DNA of 64,000 nt from a plasmid: the sequence record NZ_CP143948.1. One strand, given 5' to 3'. Shown piece by piece: positions 61,062-64,000 of the stretch. A program made the position numbers and the translations under genes. A model generated the notes under the pieces. That model did no database searches and was not told the DNA's origin. It saw only the letters and a program-made list of their open reading frames with translations. Within the stretch, counting starts at the first letter, position 1. Every line of letters starts with the position of its first letter.

Positions 61062-61448
61062 TTATATTTTTTCTTTTAATACTTCAATTTCCGCCTCATT
61101 TTTATTAATCCATTTTTGATACATCCCCTTATCTATGCACTCCATCCCTAAACGAATCCACTCTTGGTAATCACCCTTCATTGTTAATATTAAAATTTGT
61201 TTTTCCGTTTCATCAACTACTATAAACTTATATCCTTCATAAACAGCATATGTTTTTTTATCATATATTTCCTCAATTTCATCTTTTTGAACATACTTTA
61301 TATATATTCTATTATTTCCAATCTCTTTTTCTACAAACCCCTCTTTTTTACTAGCATCATCCTCTGACCGCAAAACAATTCTACCATCTTTTTTAATTCC
61401 AGCAGAGTATTCGATTCCTTTGTAAATTGCAAAAGTAATATTTCTCAT
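61062..61448 (-). CDS. Immunity-like protein, distant family A relative (128 aa)
   Basis: Start at MRNITFAIYKG (61448), after an AGGGAGGAAAA RBS contributed by repeat copy 3. The ORF track is over-extended to 61529. Confidence 0.5.
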   Translation of the reverse strand: MRNITFAIYKGIEYSAGIKKDGRIVLRSEDDASKKEGFVEKEIGNNRIYIKYVQKDEIEEIYDKKTYAVYEGYKFIVVDETEKQILILTMKGDYQEWIRLGMECIDKGMYQKWINKNEAEIEVLKEKI

Positions 61449-61457
61449 TTTTCCTCC

Positions 61458-61654
61458 CTTTAGGTAAAATTTTATATACAAAAAGGCTGCAGCGTCCGAT
61501 ATTACCGGATGTTGCAGCCGATCTGTCATTACATAAATGTTACTCCGTGTTAGACTCTAGCTTTGCGACCTTACGTTTCCATAAGTGTGCCCTTTTATAT
61601 GCAAAATTTTATCGTATTTGCATTTTTATGTCAATTTTTAGGTTGGTAATGTTT
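61458..61654 (-). repeat. Promoter-leader repeat copy 3
   Basis: Same as copy 2, with hairpin at 61485-61519. Confidence 0.85.
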
Positions 61655-61676
61655 TATTACAATTTAATTGTTCACG

Positions 61677-62060
61677 TTATAATTCTATCTTCTCTTTTTT
61701 CTCTATAATCTCCACATCTTGTTTTGGAAATTTTCCCTCATAATAATATTTGTCACATCTTTGTAACCCTAGAGCTTCTGCTACTTTACAATCTGCTGTT
61801 CCAACAAAATAATATTCTTCATTTTCTTTTTCTACATTAACTCTACTCCCCTTTATAACTCCATAAGTTTGACAATCATATGCCTTTCCAATTTCATTTG
61901 GCAAAATCACCTTACTATACACTCCACTATTATATTTATCAACAAATGTTTCATCAATTATTGCTCGATTTGTTGTAATTATAATTAAGTTTCCATCGCT
62001 ATCCTCATTTAATTCGTACTCATTATCATTATATATACAAAATTCACCATTTTTTATCAT
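61677..62060 (-). CDS. Immunity-like protein, family A (127 aa)
   Basis: Family A paralog. Its 3-prime end sequence recurs as an orphan at 51968..52000. Confidence 0.55.
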   Translation of the reverse strand: MIKNGEFCIYNDNEYELNEDSDGNLIIITTNRAIIDETFVDKYNSGVYSKVILPNEIGKAYDCQTYGVIKGSRVNVEKENEEYYFVGTADCKVAEALGLQRCDKYYYEGKFPKQDVEIIEKKEKIEL

Positions 62061-62091
62061 TTTCTATTTTCCTTTCACTTCTTTAAAATGT

Positions 62092-62535
62092 TTACCATCG
62101 AATATTGCAACAACAGAATGTTAATCTCTGCTGTTTTAACACTTCTCCCAAATTTTTATTTGCAAAGCTAGAATTTGTTGTTTCATCCAACACATCCCCG
62201 ATTTTTTTACCCTCAGCATCGCTCAGCGTCTTCGACCCAATCTCTATTCCATCTGCATTTTTAAATAACAGCTTATTTCCCGAAATACTTACCGTGATTC
62301 CTGCTGCAAGACTCAACATCATTGTTACAGGCACCGGCCAGTCAAAGGTTTCTCCCAGTGCTCCCACACCACAGGCTGCTGTATTTCCCGCAAAGTCTAT
62401 CAGGGCTGTTTTTCCAAATACCTTAAGTCCTTCTTTTAATCCCATTTCCGAGAACTTTGTTGCTGCAATGGCTCCTCCAAGCGTAACCAAATCCACCACT
62501 GCAAAATTCTCTACACTTCCATTGGTATATGCCAT
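62092..62535 (-). pseudogene. Toxin-gene fragment / recombination junction
   Basis: The ORF is cut by in-frame stops 24 codons upstream of its ATG, and upstream sequence shows further frame-shifted coding remnants to ~62760. Its 3-prime flank (62061-62110) is a copy of the 3-prime end of the 60146..60697 gene (SVVAIFDGKHFKEVKGK*). Confidence 0.4.
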
Positions 62536-63006
62536 ATGAAGCCCATTTCCGTCCGCCTTTCCGTCAGAAGTTCCAATAAGATCTGCAAAAGTCAGCTTTG
62601 CTTTTCCCTAGATGTATAGTCAATTCCCAGGTCAATTTCATCTAAAATAGTATCACAGGTCTGCAGTGCCTCGTCCACATCCATCATTATATCATACACA
62701 TACATACAATTTAAATAGCTTACACCTTTTTCACTCCAATCCATGTATGCTTTTTTATTTCTTCTTCCATACTCATAAATCTGATACTTTAGATAAACAC
62801 TGGGGTTGTAGAGGGTTTTACCCCACCATTACCCTTGAAGAGCCATTATAATCTACTTTTTACTTGCGTTAGTACGCTCCAATACACTTCCATATCACTA
62901 TCCTCAAGATTATTTACGCTATCTTCTCCTCCTAGAAACAACGGAACTTTATAACCAGCACATGCAAAAGTTTTAGCTTATCGTGATTCCAAAAGAATAA
63001 TCTTAA

Positions 63007-63390
63007 TTAAAAATACATAATATCAATACTGCTTACATTGCTTCTAGCATCATAATCTGATGATATTTTTCCCCAGCTATATTCCATCTGCTGATTAATA
63101 CCTAATTCATTTAATATATCATCGTGTAATATTTTTCTTTTATCCTCATCTTTTTCCGAAAACTCTTTATCACAACATATCAAAGACATCATATATATCT
63201 TCCCATTCCTAAAGAATAAACTTACAATATATTTCCTATTATCAATGATTTGTTGTTCATCTAAATAAAAAATTCTCAACCCATCTTGATTCTTATAGAA
63301 TCTTGTGTTTTTAAACTGTTCAAATGAAAAGCCAGGAAAAATTATTAGCTTATCTGATATTTTAAAAAATCCATTGCTGATATCTAGCAT
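63007..63390 (-). CDS. Immunity-like protein (127 aa)
   Basis: Small soluble protein 16 bp downstream of a putative toxin-domain gene. Confidence 0.45.
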   Translation of the reverse strand: MLDISNGFFKISDKLIIFPGFSFEQFKNTRFYKNQDGLRIFYLDEQQIIDNRKYIVSLFFRNGKIYMMSLICCDKEFSEKDEDKRKILHDDILNELGINQQMEYSWGKISSDYDARSNVSSIDIMYF

Positions 63391-63405
63391 TATTAGCTTC
63401 CTCCC

Positions 63406-63840
63406 TTACTTATTTAATTTAATATTACCAACAGGAGGTAATATCCCTTTATCAATCAAATCTTGAACATCAGGAACATAATATTGTGGCAATCCTCCTT
63501 TTCCAAATTGCGGATTTGCGTTTGTTATTCCATATGCACTCGCAACATCCTCATTAAATATATAGCCTTGCATTTCTCCTCTATAGCCATGTATAGGATT
63601 TTTCTCCACCTGCAACCCTTCAAATAATTTCGTTGCATCTCTGCCAGACTGTTCAATTGCATCTAAAGTTGTAAAATACTCCGTTCCATTCGGTTCTCCT
63701 CGATATAAAACAGTACCCTTTTCAACGGTAATATCAACATAGTCATCTATACCTGGATATTTTCCTGTTCCTTGCCAACTCCTTGCAATTTCAGAAGGTG
63801 TCTTACTACCAATCTGGTATGCTAAACACATAGGAATCAA
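63406..63840 (-). CDS. Putative toxin-domain protein (144 aa)
   Basis: Gly/Tyr-rich soluble protein with an in-frame stop 4 codons upstream of its ATG. Upstream of an immunity-like gene. Confidence 0.4.
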   Translation of the reverse strand: MIPMCLAYQIGSKTPSEIARSWQGTGKYPGIDDYVDITVEKGTVLYRGEPNGTEYFTTLDAIEQSGRDATKLFEGLQVEKNPIHGYRGEMQGYIFNEDVASAYGITNANPQFGKGGLPQYYVPDVQDLIDKGILPPVGNIKLNK

Positions 63841-64000
63841 AGCAGTCTTTTTCTATCTATTGCTTTTCTTTTATTCCTATTTCACAATTATCCTGTAATA
63901 GATAGAGGTGTGCGTCACCACTCTTGAAGCACTTGTGACTTCGTTCATTGAGACTGCTCCCTCTGCTTTGCAGGATTTTGCGTATTAGCTGGATGTTGGC

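Noticed and set aside
57076-61654. The 200-bp repeats as MITEs or IS remnants
   Set aside because: No terminal inverted repeats and no transposase fragments. All three copies are oriented with the downstream genes and carry a promoter plus RBS, so they behave as regulatory modules.
1-64000. CRISPR arrays, rRNA and tRNA genes
   Set aside because: No regularly spaced repeat arrays and no rRNA/tRNA-like conserved segments were seen. The only arrays are the 200-bp promoter-leader repeats and a pentanucleotide SSR.

Overview
This window looks like a Firmicutes (Clostridia/Lachnospiraceae-like) chromosome. Four blocks are apparent. (1) Housekeeping genes at 0.3-9 kb: a SAM-dependent methyltransferase, corA, trpS, ybaK, ppk1, a glycerophosphodiester phosphodiesterase and an MFS transporter. 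(2) A three-gene SMC-like JetA/JetB/JetC (MksF/E/B-type) operon at 9.7-15.3 kb. It lacks a JetD/Toprim gene and is translationally coupled to a gamma-carbonic-anhydrase-like hexapeptide-repeat protein, followed by an MCP, a Dabb protein and a GNAT. (3) The classic rpmG-secE-nusG-rplKAJL-rpoBC-rpsLG-fusA-tuf cluster on the minus strand at 22.4-39 kb. Downstream of the tuf 3-prime end is a ~3.7 kb island flanked by 54-bp direct repeats of the tuf terminal codons. The island carries a candidate RiPP operon: a 35-aa Cys-free precursor, a radical-SAM/SPASM maturase, an MFS exporter and a divergent XRE-type regulator. (4) At 41-46 kb a two-component system sits next to an ABC ATPase with two FtsX-type permeases. 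It abuts a ~5 kb Tn916-type integrative mobilizable element at 46.5-51.9 kb (Int-Tn, Xis-Tn, Rep_trans-like protein, XRE regulators). An AT-rich type VIIb secretion / polymorphic toxin-immunity island runs from 52 kb to the window end. In that island essC is split by a -1 frameshift in an A6 tract, esaB and esxA are present, and essB, essA and esaA are not seen. It also holds tandem arrays of paralogous immunity-like and toxin-domain genes and three copies of a ~200-bp promoter-leader repeat carrying a consensus sigma-70 promoter and a terminator-like hairpin. No rRNA, tRNA or CRISPR array was found.
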